From assembly GCA_947164795.1 (NCBI GenBank), contig CAMUXV010000003.1, positions 1 through 59,012 on the forward strand: a DNA stretch of 59,012 bases, read 5' to 3'. Position numbers and translations under genes: made by a program. Source of the stretch: an uncultured Bacillales bacterium. GTDB taxonomy: Bacteria > Bacillota_I > Bacilli_A > RF39 > UBA660. The notes under the pieces were generated by a model. The model had not been told where the DNA came from and did not search any database. It was given only the letters and a program-made list of their open reading frames with translations. Below, piece by piece: positions 19,047 through 30,500 of this stretch (position 1 is its first letter; each line of letters starts with the position of its first letter).

Positions 19047-20384
19047 ATGTTATACGTAAGTGATATTATTAGAGAGGGAGATGGAATATTAATTCAAGGA
19101 GATACTTCATTACAATTAGGAGATTTTTCTAAAGATACGAGAACTATCAAAGAAGGTGATATCTATGTTGGTCTTAAAGGTGAATCTTTCGATGGTAATA
19201 AATTTTATTTAGATGCTTTAGAAAAGGGTGCTGCCGGATGTATTCTTGATAATATTGATGAAGAAATATCAGATATTTACAAGGATAGATTTATTGTTAA
19301 GGTTAAGAATTCTTTAGAATGTATACAAAATCTAGCTAAATATAAAAGAAGCTTATATAATATACCCGTTATTGGGGTTACTGGTAGTGTAGGTAAGACT
19401 TCTACTAAAGATATGATATACTCAGTATTAAAAGAAAAGTATAAGGTTCTTAAGACAGAAGGTAATAATAATAATCATATAGGTCTTCCTTTTACTATTC
19501 TTAGACTTAAGAATGAAGATATTATGATACTGGAAATGGGAATGAATAATTTGGGAGAAATATCTTTTCTAACTAATATTGCTAGGCCTACAATAGGGGT
19601 TATTACTAATATTGGTACTGCTCATATAGGTAATCTTGGCTCTAGAGAAAATATTATGAGAGCAAAGCTAGAAATAACAAAAGGATTATCTGGCCCTTTG
19701 ATTGTTAATATGGATAATGATATGATATATAATAATATTGATTATATTAAAAGTATTAATGATGTTATTACTATTAGTATAGATAATAAAAGTGATTATA
19801 TGGCTTATGATATTAATGGTAATAAATTTAAGATTGACGGTGAAGAGTTTGAATCTCCTATTGGTAATAGGGCTTTTATATATAATAGTTTAACTGCTTA
19901 TGTTGTTGGTAAATTATGTAATGTTGATGTGAATAGTATAAAAAAAGGTATTAAGAATTTAGAGCTTACTGGTAATAGATTGGAATATAAAAGATCTAGA
20001 AGTGGAGCAATACTAATAGATGATACTTATAATGCATCTCTAGATTCTATTAGGAGTTCACTGGAAATATTAAAAAAAGAGAAGGGAAGAAAGATTGCAG
20101 TCATAGGTGATGTTTTAGAACTTGGTGAATTTAGTAAAAATATTCATGAAGAGATAGGTAAAGTATTACTTGATAGTAATTTAGATTTTATTGTCACTAT
20201 TGGTAATGATACTAAGTTTAGCGATGAATATTTAAAAGAAAAAGGATATAATAATATTATGCACTTTGAAAAAGAAAGCGATTGCTACAGCTTTTTGGAT
20301 TCGTTATTAAAAGAAGGAGATATTGTTCTTTTAAAGGGAAGTCATGGTATTAATTTAAAAAATATTGTTAATTATTTGGTATAA
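19047..20384 (+). CDS. murF: UDP-N-acetylmuramoyl-tripeptide--D-alanyl-D-alanine ligase
   Basis: GVTGSVGKTSTKDM P-loop, NNHIGLP, DDTYNAS, GDVLELG. Confidence 0.85.
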   Translation: MLYVSDIIREGDGILIQGDTSLQLGDFSKDTRTIKEGDIYVGLKGESFDGNKFYLDALEKGAAGCILDNIDEEISDIYKDRFIVKVKNSLECIQNLAKYKRSLYNIPVIGVTGSVGKTSTKDMIYSVLKEKYKVLKTEGNNNNHIGLPFTILRLKNEDIMILEMGMNNLGEISFLTNIARPTIGVITNIGTAHIGNLGSRENIMRAKLEITKGLSGPLIVNMDNDMIYNNIDYIKSINDVITISIDNKSDYMAYDINGNKFKIDGEEFESPIGNRAFIYNSLTAYVVGKLCNVDVNSIKKGIKNLELTGNRLEYKRSRSGAILIDDTYNASLDSIRSSLEILKKEKGRKIAVIGDVLELGEFSKNIHEEIGKVLLDSNLDFIVTIGNDTKFSDEYLKEKGYNNIMHFEKESDCYSFLDSLLKEGDIVLLKGSHGINLKNIVNYLV

Positions 20385-20400
20385 GAAAATGAGGGAACTA

Positions 20401-23400
20401 TTAAGTTTCCTCATTGTTTTGGTTATTATCTTTAATTATTATTGTTCTTGGTAAACTGGTAGTAGTTATCTCTTTTTTCATATCTTCGTCTTGATAATTA
20501 ACTCGATATTTTAATTGATAAGTTCCTGCAGATAATTCATTTACTGCGGATTCTAATGCTTGTTTACCATTATATGTTTTGTTATTAATGATATAAGTGA
20601 TTTCACTATCTTTTGTAACGTCTTTTCCATCATATTTAACTATTATACCATTATCAACATATTTTTCAGATTTACTTTTATCTATTGTTATTGATTTGTT
20701 CCCTGACAATATTATTGATAATCCACTATTATTTTGATTTTCTATATTATCAATAGTTATTTTTGTTTCGACACCATTACTTGAATTATCTTTATAACTT
20801 CCATATTCAGCTTTTACTACTAGGGTAATTGTTCCTGTCTTTGTAGGTTTATATGAATATTTTGTATCGGTTACAAAGGCAATATTTTTAAGGGATCCAG
20901 TAGAATCTTTCTCATATATTCCGAATCCATTATCACCTAATGTTGATTTGTTATATGTTATTCTCTTTTCTAAGTAAGAAGAAGATTGATTTCCGTAAAC
21001 TGAATTAGAAAAATATTTAGTTAAATATGTATTATCTAATACATTTGGCACTTTCCAGTCCCACGATAATTCGTATCCACTTGATGTTTTAGTCGTCTTT
21101 AAATTTGTTACATTATCTAATTTTTCGTATCTTGGAGATATTTCAGTAGGTTGTGTTCCTTTTTTGAAATATTCAGTTACTTTCATGTCACTAGGTGTAT
21201 ATGCACTTGGTAGCATGGCGGGCCAAGTTTCTTTTTCAACTGTAACTGCTACTACAGATGAGGGCATTTCCCATGTTTTTGTTGTTCTAGGAACGTATTG
21301 CATTACCGCTCTCATTACAGCATCTTTGGGAGCAGAAGCACTCCATAAGAAATGATCTTTATCGACTTTTGTATATCCATACCATAAAGCTATTGCGTGT
21401 TCTGGTGTATAGGCTACTGTCCAAAGGTCATTTACTACTCCAGCGGGTAAGCCTTTAGCTTTAATTGTTGCTTCATCTAAGTTAGAAGTTCCTGTTTTAG
21501 CTGCTACTGACATACCATATACTTTGGCTCCACCATTGAATGCATAATCAACAGCATATTTTAAAACATTATTCATTAAGTAAGCGGTAGAGTCTGACAT
21601 TACTTTTTCTTTTTCTTCATTAAATTCTACTACTTCACCTGTAGCACGATATTCTATTTTTGTTACAGCGTGGGTTTTTATATGATAACCACCGTTTGCA
21701 TAACAAGCATATGCTTCGGCCATTTCTAATGGTGTCACTCCGTAACTCATTCCACCAATTGCGTATGCTTCATTTAGATAGTTATCAGCTCCATTATCAT
21801 ATTTTTTGTAGTTAGCAGAACTTGTACTGTAAGCTACATCTAAGCCTAAACCATTTACAAAGTTTGCAATATTTTTCTTATCTACTTGTTGGAATGCTTT
21901 TAATGCAGGTACATTTCTTGAAACACTAAGCGCTTGTCTTAAAGTTATTAATCCTTGGTATCCACCATCCCAGTTTCCTACTGATGGACCATTAGTATAT
22001 GTCCATGGCTCATCATTAAATAGGGTATAGGTAGAGAAGTTGTTATATTCAAAACCAGGTCCATAATCAAATAATGGCTTTGCTGTACTTCCGGGCTGTC
22101 TATGTGATTGTGTTGCATAGTTCCAATCTCCAGCTTGTCTGTTTCTTCCTGCTCCAATAGCAATAATCGTACCATCATTTACATTGGTTATTGCTATACC
22201 AGCTTGAATTTCATCATCTACCCAACCAGTGTATGATTCCCCATTTAATACTTTATTTATTCCATCTTGTACCGCTCTATCCATAGCAGTATATATTTTC
22301 ATTGATACTGATGATGGATTTTTACCTGTTTTATTTTCTACTTCTTCAATTACAGTGTCTATATATCCTTGATAATCTGCTTTAGTTCCATTTCCTACTA
22401 GCATGCTTTCTATTGAAACAGCTTCAGCCATTTGTCTTTCTTCTTCGCTAATATAGTTATGTAATTTCATTAATTTTAATACGGTACTCCTTCTTGTGGC
22501 AGCAGCTTCAGGGTTTGTATATGGATTATATCTACTAGGTGCTTGATACATACCTGCAAGAAGTGCCGCTTCTGGTAAACTAAGTTCGGATACTGTCTTA
22601 CCAAAATAATATTTTGATGCCTCTCCAACACCATATATCATACCGCCAAGTCCACTATCGTTAACATACATTTGTAATATTTCTTCTTTAGTATATCTTT
22701 TTTCCATAAAGAATACTGAAAGATATACATCTTTAAATTTACGAACTAATTTTTCGATTTTTCCTTCTTTTGTATCTTTTTTTGTTAAATTGTTTTTTAC
22801 TGTTTGCATTGTTAAAGTAGAAGCACCACCAGCATCATCTTGACCGATTAATTGAAGGGCTGTTGCTTTTAAAAATCTTGCTGTATCAACACCATTATGT
22901 TGAAAAAATCTTGAATCTTCGGTAGCAATGATTGCGTCTATTAATACCTCTGGTAGTTCGTCATAATCTACTTCTTCTCTTTTTTGATCTCCTAAAGTGG
23001 CAATTATTCCACCATCTTTATCATATATTACTGTTTGTTCTTGGTTTTTGAATGCTTCTGGATCAAAATTGCCACATGATATTACGATATATGCAAATAG
23101 AATTAATATCGATGCTACACCAAAGATAGCTAATCCTAGTATTATTGTTAATATCTTCCTAAATATACTTTTCTTTTTGTTATTTGTTTTTTTTGCTTTA
23201 TTTGTTTTTTTTGCTTTAGTTGTTTTTTCTCTTTTGCTCTCTTTTTTAATATTTGTTACTTTTTCTTTTAAATTACTTATAATCTTTTTAATATTAAAAC
23301 TCTTTTTTCTATTTCTAGAACTCACAACTTCAACTTCCTTTCTTTCTGATAAATTATTATCAGACTCCTTTTTATCTTTTTTTAGTATATTGGTTTTAAA

Positions 23401-23514
23401 ATACATAATTATTAATGGAATTGTAATAATAAGAATAAATAATCCTTTTGCTTTGAAAATTATTATACTAAGTATAAGTGTTAATATAAAGAATATTATT
23501 ACTAAATAATTCAT
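20401..23514 (-). CDS. ponA: class A penicillin-binding protein (glycosyltransferase + transpeptidase) with N- and C-terminal extensions
   Basis: EDSRFFQHNGVD, GGASTLTMQ, RKFKD, STAKP (SxxK), SRN, KTGTS. The ATG overlaps the recU stop (ATGA). Confidence 0.85.
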   Translation of the reverse strand: MNYLVIIFFILTLILSIIIFKAKGLFILIITIPLIIMYFKTNILKKDKKESDNNLSERKEVEVVSSRNRKKSFNIKKIISNLKEKVTNIKKESKREKTTKAKKTNKAKKTNNKKKSIFRKILTIILGLAIFGVASILILFAYIVISCGNFDPEAFKNQEQTVIYDKDGGIIATLGDQKREEVDYDELPEVLIDAIIATEDSRFFQHNGVDTARFLKATALQLIGQDDAGGASTLTMQTVKNNLTKKDTKEGKIEKLVRKFKDVYLSVFFMEKRYTKEEILQMYVNDSGLGGMIYGVGEASKYYFGKTVSELSLPEAALLAGMYQAPSRYNPYTNPEAAATRRSTVLKLMKLHNYISEEERQMAEAVSIESMLVGNGTKADYQGYIDTVIEEVENKTGKNPSSVSMKIYTAMDRAVQDGINKVLNGESYTGWVDDEIQAGIAITNVNDGTIIAIGAGRNRQAGDWNYATQSHRQPGSTAKPLFDYGPGFEYNNFSTYTLFNDEPWTYTNGPSVGNWDGGYQGLITLRQALSVSRNVPALKAFQQVDKKNIANFVNGLGLDVAYSTSSANYKKYDNGADNYLNEAYAIGGMSYGVTPLEMAEAYACYANGGYHIKTHAVTKIEYRATGEVVEFNEEKEKVMSDSTAYLMNNVLKYAVDYAFNGGAKVYGMSVAAKTGTSNLDEATIKAKGLPAGVVNDLWTVAYTPEHAIALWYGYTKVDKDHFLWSASAPKDAVMRAVMQYVPRTTKTWEMPSSVVAVTVEKETWPAMLPSAYTPSDMKVTEYFKKGTQPTEISPRYEKLDNVTNLKTTKTSSGYELSWDWKVPNVLDNTYLTKYFSNSVYGNQSSSYLEKRITYNKSTLGDNGFGIYEKDSTGSLKNIAFVTDTKYSYKPTKTGTITLVVKAEYGSYKDNSSNGVETKITIDNIENQNNSGLSIILSGNKSITIDKSKSEKYVDNGIIVKYDGKDVTKDSEITYIINNKTYNGKQALESAVNELSAGTYQLKYRVNYQDEDMKKEITTTSLPRTIIIKDNNQNNEET

Positions 23515-24059
23515 TTTTCTTTTATTAAAATATCAACAATTTTTATGTAATCTAATCTAGGTGCATACTTAATATCTACTTTATAGCAGTTTTTTTCAAA
23601 GTAGGATATGGGTATTGATTTTCTATCATTTTCTTTTATAAATTCCATTAGGTCTTCTCCCTTAAGAATATAGTCTTTATTTAGTGAGGTAAATCTTACT
23701 ATGAGAAAGACTATTCCTTTATGGTGTATTACTCTTTTTATGTGCTCTATTTGATGTTTATGAATATTATTGATGGAATAACTTGTTTTTGATTTGGTTT
23801 CTTTAGCATCAAATTCGATGTAGTATCCTTTATAGATACCATTATAATCGAGAGTTGATGGTGTTTCAAAGAAACCATCTGTTATTCGCATATTTTTATA
23901 ATCTGTTTTTGTCACTCTAATTGGTGTTGGCTTTTTATATATAAGAGCAATATCATTATCAATATAGTATTTATTAGTGATATTGATATCATTTTCTAGG
24001 CCCATACCACGATTTGCATAAGTGCTATTAAAATTTATTTTGTGGTCCAAAAACATCAC
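23511..24059 (-). CDS. recU: Holliday junction resolvase RecU
   Basis: YANRGMGLENDIN, KKPTPIRV, DYNGIYKGYYIEFDAKETKSKTS, NIHKHQIEHIK. Conserved recU-ponA gene order. Confidence 0.8.
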   Translation of the reverse strand: MMFLDHKINFNSTYANRGMGLENDINITNKYYIDNDIALIYKKPTPIRVTKTDYKNMRITDGFFETPSTLDYNGIYKGYYIEFDAKETKSKTSYSINNIHKHQIEHIKRVIHHKGIVFLIVRFTSLNKDYILKGEDLMEFIKENDRKSIPISYFEKNCYKVDIKYAPRLDYIKIVDILIKEK

Positions 24060-24141
24060 CTATTTAATTATACTATAAAAAAACAAAAAATTCTATATAT
24101 ATAGGAAAATTTTTAATATAAAAAAAACTACTTTAAGTAGT

Positions 24142-24336
24142 TTAATCTAAATCTTTCATAAATAGTCTTAATTGTACTAGACCTGATATTAGGACAAGAA
24201 CATAAACTATTCTAGTAAGTAATGTTCCATCTCCAAATAGGTATTCTACTAGGTTGAAGTCAAATAGTCCTACTAATCCCCAGTTTAAACATCCTATAAT
24301 GGCGATAGTTAATGTTATTTTATGTAGTATATTCAT
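24142..24336 (-). CDS. DUF378 family small membrane protein
   Basis: Internal ATG preceded by AAAGGAGGAT. IGCLNWGLVGLFDFNLVEYLFG signature. Followed by a terminator hairpin with a T-run on the minus strand (24118-24145). Confidence 0.6.
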   Translation of the reverse strand: MNILHKITLTIAIIGCLNWGLVGLFDFNLVEYLFGDGTLLTRIVYVLVLISGLVQLRLFMKDLD

Positions 24337-24440
24337 ATTATCCTCCTTTTTACTTTTATTTTGTACTAAATTTAGTAAATTATTCATCATATATGTAATT
24401 TTTATTTAATATAATGGATTAGAAAGATAAGAGGTGAATA

Positions 24441-25469
24441 ATGAGAAATAAGTTATTTTATGTTTTGATACTTGGATTACTAGTTCTTAGTGGTTGCGGT
24501 AAAGTAAGTGAAAAAGATGTTCTGAATAATTTTGAGAAAAAAGTAAATAATTCAAATAGTTATTATTTGGAAGGAAAACTGGATATTGTAAATAATGAGG
24601 ATATTTATACATATGATGTTAAGGTTTCTTATAAGGAAGATGATAATTATAAAGTTGATTTAGTTAACACTGTTAATTCTCATCAACAAATTATATTAAG
24701 AAATAATGAAGGTGTATATGTTATCAGTCCAAAAATTAATAAGAGTTTTAAATTTCAAAGTGATTGGCCATATAATAATTCGCAAGTATATTTACTTAGA
24801 CCTATTTTAAATGACATTAAAAATGATGATAAAAAATCTTTTGAAAAAGATGATAATGGATATAAAATAGTGGTTGGAGCTAATTATCCTAATAATCCTA
24901 AACTTACGCATGAAGAAATATATTTGGATAAGGATGGTAATATCACTAAGGTTGTTGTTCTTAATAAAGATGGTAATAGTGAAATTACAATGACCTTTAC
25001 TAAGATGGATTTTAATAAGAAATTTAATGATGACTATTTTGAACTTAAATCTATTATTGATATTGAAGAGAATAATAATGAAAATAATGATAATACTAAT
25101 ACTGAAGAAAAAACTAAGGAAACTAGTACTATTGAAGATGTAATATATCCAATGTATTTACCTGTTAATACTTATTTAACTAATACAGAAAAAGTGGATA
25201 AAGAAAATGGAGAGAGATTGATACTTACTTTTGATGGAGATAATCCGTTTATGCTAATTGAGGAAACTACAAACTATGAAAAAGAACATTTGATTGTTCC
25301 TACTTATGGTGATTTAGAACTTATGGCTTCAACAGTAGCTGTTGTTAATGAAACTTCAGTTAATTGGATAGATAATGATATTGAGTATTATGTTGTTAGT
25401 GATAAACTTTCTAAAACAGAATTATTAAATATAGCTAGAAGTATATCAGTATTACCTGTAAGCAAGTAA
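24441..25469 (+). CDS. lipoprotein, LolA-like / YdcC-like (sporulation-associated)
   Basis: Lipobox LLVLSGC. IILRNNEGVYVISPKINKSFKFQSDWPYNNSQVYLL matches the B. subtilis YdcC core, recalled from memory. Confidence 0.55.
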   Translation: MRNKLFYVLILGLLVLSGCGKVSEKDVLNNFEKKVNNSNSYYLEGKLDIVNNEDIYTYDVKVSYKEDDNYKVDLVNTVNSHQQIILRNNEGVYVISPKINKSFKFQSDWPYNNSQVYLLRPILNDIKNDDKKSFEKDDNGYKIVVGANYPNNPKLTHEEIYLDKDGNITKVVVLNKDGNSEITMTFTKMDFNKKFNDDYFELKSIIDIEENNNENNDNTNTEEKTKETSTIEDVIYPMYLPVNTYLTNTEKVDKENGERLILTFDGDNPFMLIEETTNYEKEHLIVPTYGDLELMASTVAVVNETSVNWIDNDIEYYVVSDKLSKTELLNIARSISVLPVSK

Positions 25470-25484
25470 AGCTTGCTTTTTTTC
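25460..25484 (+). terminator. rho-independent terminator overlapping the lipoprotein stop codon
   Basis: AAGCAAG-TAAAG-CTTGCTT followed by a T-run. Confidence 0.55.
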
Positions 25485-25523
25485 TTTATTGATATTAAAC
25501 TATTAAAGAGAAAGAGGGATAGT

Positions 25524-26648
25524 ATGATATATTTTGATAATAGTGCTACGACTGTGGTAGACGATAGTGTATTAGAAACATATAATAAAGTGTGTAAGAG
25601 TTATCCTGGTAATTCTAATTCATTACATAGACTTGGTATTAAAAGTAAAGAATTGGAGGATTACTCTACTTCTAATATTGCTAAGTATTTAGGTGTAAAA
25701 TCTAGTGAAGTAATATATACTTCAGGAGCTACGGAAAGTAATAACACTGTATTAAAAGGAGTGGCTTTTAAATATAGAAATAGAGGTAATCGTATTATTA
25801 CAAGTCATTTAGAACATTCTAGTATTATAGAAACTTGTAAGTATTTAGAAAAGAATGGGTTTGTTATTGATTATGTTAATGTAAATAGTGATGGTACTAT
25901 TGATTTGGAAAATTTAAAAAGTTTGATGAGTGATAATACTATTCTTGTTAGTATTGCTGCGGTAGATAGTGAACTTGGTGTTAAGCAGGATATTAAAAGT
26001 ATTAGTAAGATTGTAAGAGAATATCCTAAGTGCTATTTCCATGTTGATGCTACGCAGGCTATTGGTAAGATTAAAGTTGATTTTAATGATATCGATTTTA
26101 TGTCTATGTCAATGCATAAGATATTTGGTATGAAAGGTATAGGATTATTAATTAAAAAAGAGAATATTGTTATTGATAATTTAATACATGGTGGTAAATC
26201 TAGTACTGTTTATAGGGGAGGTACTCCTGCACTTCCTTTAATTGTGTCTTCTATGAAGGCATTAGAATTAATAATGCCAAATATTGATAAGAATTATAAA
26301 TATGTAGAAGAATTAAATAAAAAAATATTATCATGTTTAAAAGAGTATGATAAAGTACATATTAATAGTACTGATAGAAGTATTCCTTATATAATCAATT
26401 TTAGTATACTAGGTATAAAACCAGAGACATTTATCCATGCTATGGAAGAAGAAGATATTTATATAAGTACTAAAAGTGCTTGTTCTACTGGAGATTCTTC
26501 AGACAGTGTATATGCTATATATAAAGATATGGATATATCTACTCATAGTATTAGAATTAGTTTATCTTATAAGAATACTATGGATGAAGTTAATACCTTT
26601 ATAAATATATTTGATAAAGTTTATAATAAATTGATGTTTAAAAATTAA
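25524..26648 (+). CDS. cysteine desulfurase (class V aminotransferase, NifS/IscS-like)
   Basis: ATG after AGAGGGAT. IYFDNSATT, TSGATESNN, SMSMHKIFGMKGIGLL (PLP Lys), STKSACSTG (active Cys). Confidence 0.8.
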   Translation: MIYFDNSATTVVDDSVLETYNKVCKSYPGNSNSLHRLGIKSKELEDYSTSNIAKYLGVKSSEVIYTSGATESNNTVLKGVAFKYRNRGNRIITSHLEHSSIIETCKYLEKNGFVIDYVNVNSDGTIDLENLKSLMSDNTILVSIAAVDSELGVKQDIKSISKIVREYPKCYFHVDATQAIGKIKVDFNDIDFMSMSMHKIFGMKGIGLLIKKENIVIDNLIHGGKSSTVYRGGTPALPLIVSSMKALELIMPNIDKNYKYVEELNKKILSCLKEYDKVHINSTDRSIPYIINFSILGIKPETFIHAMEEEDIYISTKSACSTGDSSDSVYAIYKDMDISTHSIRISLSYKNTMDEVNTFINIFDKVYNKLMFKN

Positions 26649-26732
26649 AATTATAATACATAATAATGATAGAAATAGAAGTTCTAAATAAAGAGGCAAT
26701 CTGAAGTTTAGAATTTTTTTGTATGTGAATTA

Positions 26733-26760
26733 TTGACAAATTGATAAAAACTGTTATAAT
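26733..26760 (+). promoter_or_regulatory. sigma-A promoter with extended -10 (TTGACA-16-TGtTATAAT)
   Basis: TTGACA at 26733-26738, TG at 26752-26753, TATAAT at 26755-26760. It lies just after a terminator-like hairpin (about 26679-26720). Confidence 0.5.
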
Positions 26761-26796
26761 AGAAAATCGTCTGAAGAACTTTTGGGGGTTTTGATA

Positions 26797-27516
26797 ATGA
26801 ATAATAAGAAGATAATGATTACTATTTGTTCATTAATATTATTATTTTTGTTAGTGTGGTCTATTAATATTAGTAATAGTGCAAATAAGTATGTATTAAA
26901 TATTGATATAAAACAAAATAATAATGTTAATAATCCAATAGATTATAATAAGATAATTAATGATGTTAGAAATGAATACCAGAATGATGATATTGTAGGT
27001 ATTCTAAGTATTGATAATACTGATTATAGAGTTCCGATACTACAAGGAGAAGATAATAGTTATTATTTAAATCGTGGACCTGATGGTAAAAGAAATTCTA
27101 TTGGTTCAGTATACTTAGACTATAGAGTCAATATTGACTCTAGTAGGAAGCTATTAATATATGGTCATAATTCATCTAGAATCGATATGCCATTTAAGAT
27201 TTTAGAAGAATTTTATGATATAGATTACTTTAATAATCATAAAACTATGAGTATTATTACAAGTAATATGGAAAAGAAATATGAAATCTTTTCTGTATAT
27301 GTAGAAACTAGTGATTTTTCTTACATGAATCTTAAACTTAGTGATGAAGAATTTGATAATCAATTTAAGATGTTTAAGGAGAAATCATTATATGATACAG
27401 GAGTAGAAGTACTTCCTAATGATGAAGTGTTAGTACTTCAAACTTGTAGTACTCATAGAGATTATAGTAATTACAAATATAAATATCTATTAATAATATT
27501 AAGGAGGGTTTTATAA
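26797..27516 (+). CDS. srtB: class B sortase
   Basis: N-terminal TM. DIVGILSIDNTDYRVPILQGEDNSYYLN, LIYGHNSS (His), LVLQTCST (TLxTC-type Cys), C-terminal Arg. The stop abuts the adhesin start. Confidence 0.8.
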   Translation: MNNKKIMITICSLILLFLLVWSINISNSANKYVLNIDIKQNNNVNNPIDYNKIINDVRNEYQNDDIVGILSIDNTDYRVPILQGEDNSYYLNRGPDGKRNSIGSVYLDYRVNIDSSRKLLIYGHNSSRIDMPFKILEEFYDIDYFNNHKTMSIITSNMEKKYEIFSVYVETSDFSYMNLKLSDEEFDNQFKMFKEKSLYDTGVEVLPNDEVLVLQTCSTHRDYSNYKYKYLLIILRRVL

Positions 27517-30500
27517 ATGAAAAAGATATTTAATAAGTTTACAAAAATTTTATTACTTGTAGCTATGGTTATATCTGACTTAATGACTCCAATTAAGGTA
27601 TTTGCTGCTGAAGGTGAAGCAGTTACTCCTAAAAAGGGAGACGTTGGTATTAACGAAACTGTAAGTAATGAAGGTAGTGTAACTGTAACTAAGGGATCAA
27701 TTGAAAATCCTGGTGATGTTATGGTTACAAAGACAGTTAAGAAAAATGGTGAAGGAAAATTTACTGTCGAATTTGAAGTTAAAGGAAAGGATGCTGAAAG
27801 TACTACTACTGTTGTGAAACCAGTATATGTAGTTATTGTGTTAGATACTTCTGGTAGTATGATATGCGATGCTGATAATGGTTCATATGCATTTGATAAT
27901 TCTTTTTCTGCTGGTTGGGATAGTAGATCATATACAGCTGCTGATGGTGAAACAATCTATTGTAGTAATGCGAGATATCATTCTGATTACATATTGACAG
28001 ATAAATGGGAGAATGCAGTAAGTGGGGCTGTTACTTTTTCTGAAAATTTAGCTGACCTTGATAATACATATGCATCAGTAGTTACTTTTGCAAGTACTGC
28101 TACTACAGCTACTGCTTTTGCACATGGTGCTTTATCTGAAAGTGATTTTAGTCATCCAGTTGGTGGTACAAATTTAGAGCAAGGTCTTAGTAATGCTAAA
28201 AGTGCATTAGATGGTATTACAGATGCTAATGCTCAAAAATATATTGTTTTAATTGGTGATGGCGAACCTACTTTTTATGGAAGTGGTATTAAAGATAATG
28301 ATGGATACGATAATTATCCAACGGCAACATCAAATGCAAAAACTACTGCTGATAATATTAAGAATAGTGGTATAAATATTTTTACAATTGGATATGGTAT
28401 TGATAATAATACAAATGCTCAAAATATTTTGAAGTATGTTTCTTCTAATACTGATGCACAAGGAACATATACTGATAATGGTTATTATCAATCTGCCAAT
28501 TCATCTGGTATTGCTGGTACTTTACAAACTGTGTTTAATCAATTAAGTACTTCAATAGCGGGTACTGGAGCTACTTTAACAGATAATATTGGTTCTAGTT
28601 TTAGTGTTGATGCTAGTAGTTCTGATTTAATTACAGTAGTAGGAAGTAGTGTAAGTAATACGGATAAATTTGATATTACTGAAGATGTTACTAAGATTAG
28701 CTTCGATGTTGAAATTAATGGTGATGAAGCTGATGGATGGGTTAATGTCAATGAAGGATTTACTTTAACATACACTGACTACAATGGTGAAGAAAAAACT
28801 ATTACATATGGTTCTGATGAGCCACAGCCACAAGTTTATTGGGAAAGAAATACATATAATTATGTAATTAATTATTATAAAGATGAAGTTACTAATACTA
28901 GTGATAGTGAACATTATTTGGGAACTTCAGGTAATCTTAGTGCCTTTAATGGTGAAACAATTACTTTAACTGATGAACAAAAGAATGCTCATATAATAAC
29001 TGGTTATGAGTTATCTAGTAGTAATGTATATACAATTACTATTGATAAAACTAAAGATAATATTATTAATGTTTTATATACTTTAAAGAAATTTGATTAT
29101 AATGTTAATTACTACTATGATGGCATTAAAGATAATGATAAGAGTTATACTGAAAGTGATGTTACTTATGGCACTGTAGTTAATGCTAATGAATTATATT
29201 TTGCTAATACTGATGAATATTCACTTGATACAGAAAACTCTACTAGTGGTAATGTGACTATTAATAATAATGGTATTACGATTGATATTTATTATATAAA
29301 GAATAGTTATAGATATGAAGTTCATTATAATTTTAATGGCAATGAAGATACAGACTTTGCTAAGAATCCTGCTGCTTTATATGGTACAGAATTATTTGCT
29401 GGTGATTTCTATTTGACTAGTAGTGAGTTAGCTACTAATTATAGTGATTATTTCTTAGAACCAGGCAATAGTAAGAATACTGAGACTATTACTGTTGGTA
29501 ATAAAGAAAATAGATTAGATATTTATTATGTTAATACTAATTTTAGTAATAATGAAAGTATTACTAAGAGTGCTACTACTAATGGTAATAAGGTAACTAG
29601 TTCAAATCAGGTAGTTAATTATAAAATTAATTACAGTGATGTAATTAATAATGTTAGAGGGGGAGACACTGTTACTGTAACACTTGTTGATACTCTACCA
29701 TTTAAAGGAACTGTAACTGGTTTAACTGAAGGCTGCTCTTATGATAATGATAAAACTATTACATGTACTATTACTAAAACAGCTGATAAATTTGAGTCTC
29801 ATTATGAAGTAAGTGAAGAAGTTGAATATAGTGTAGTATATGAAGACTTTGCTGATATTAGTGCAAGTAGTAATCCAAAACTAGTTAATACTGTTAATGG
29901 TAAAACTACTGTTACTAGTGGAAATATTGTTAAAGAATCTGCTGGTGTAGAAGCTACTGCTGAAGTTCCAGTAGAAATTAGTGGTAACTTAATTGTTCAT
30001 CATTATACAAAAGATGAAGAAGGTAATAATGTTAGTGTATATAGTGACGAGAGAAGTAGTGCTTTAGTAGGAAGTGACTATGAAACTAACTATAGAACCG
30101 ATATTATTGGTTATACTGTTGATACTGATAGTATTCCTAGTAATAAAGATGGTAAGTATGCTGTTAATGATACAGAAGTTACTTATTACTATGTTAAAAA
30201 AGATGGTGTGATTGATAATCCTACTACTGTTAAATCTTTTGTAAGAGAAGAAGGACAAACAGAGAATATAGTAGAAAGTGTTAATAGTACATTTAATTAT
30301 ACTATTACTGGTACTGCTACTATTAAAGATTATATTGGTACTTATAAAGTTAGAGCTACTGATTATTTACCATATAAGTTAGATACTACTGATATGGAAA
30401 AACTTGACGAAAATGATAATATTTATAAAGTTAATGATAAATGTGTATACGATGGTAATATGACTATTGTATGTGAATCTGAAACTAAGAATATTACTAA

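Noticed and set aside
23160-23225. Short tandem DNA repeats, here and at 34146-34271, checked as possible CRISPR or VNTR elements.
   Set aside because: Both are in-frame coding repeats (KAKKTN x2 in the PBP and CxCGDx in GrpE). There is no repeat-spacer architecture and there are no cas genes anywhere in the window.
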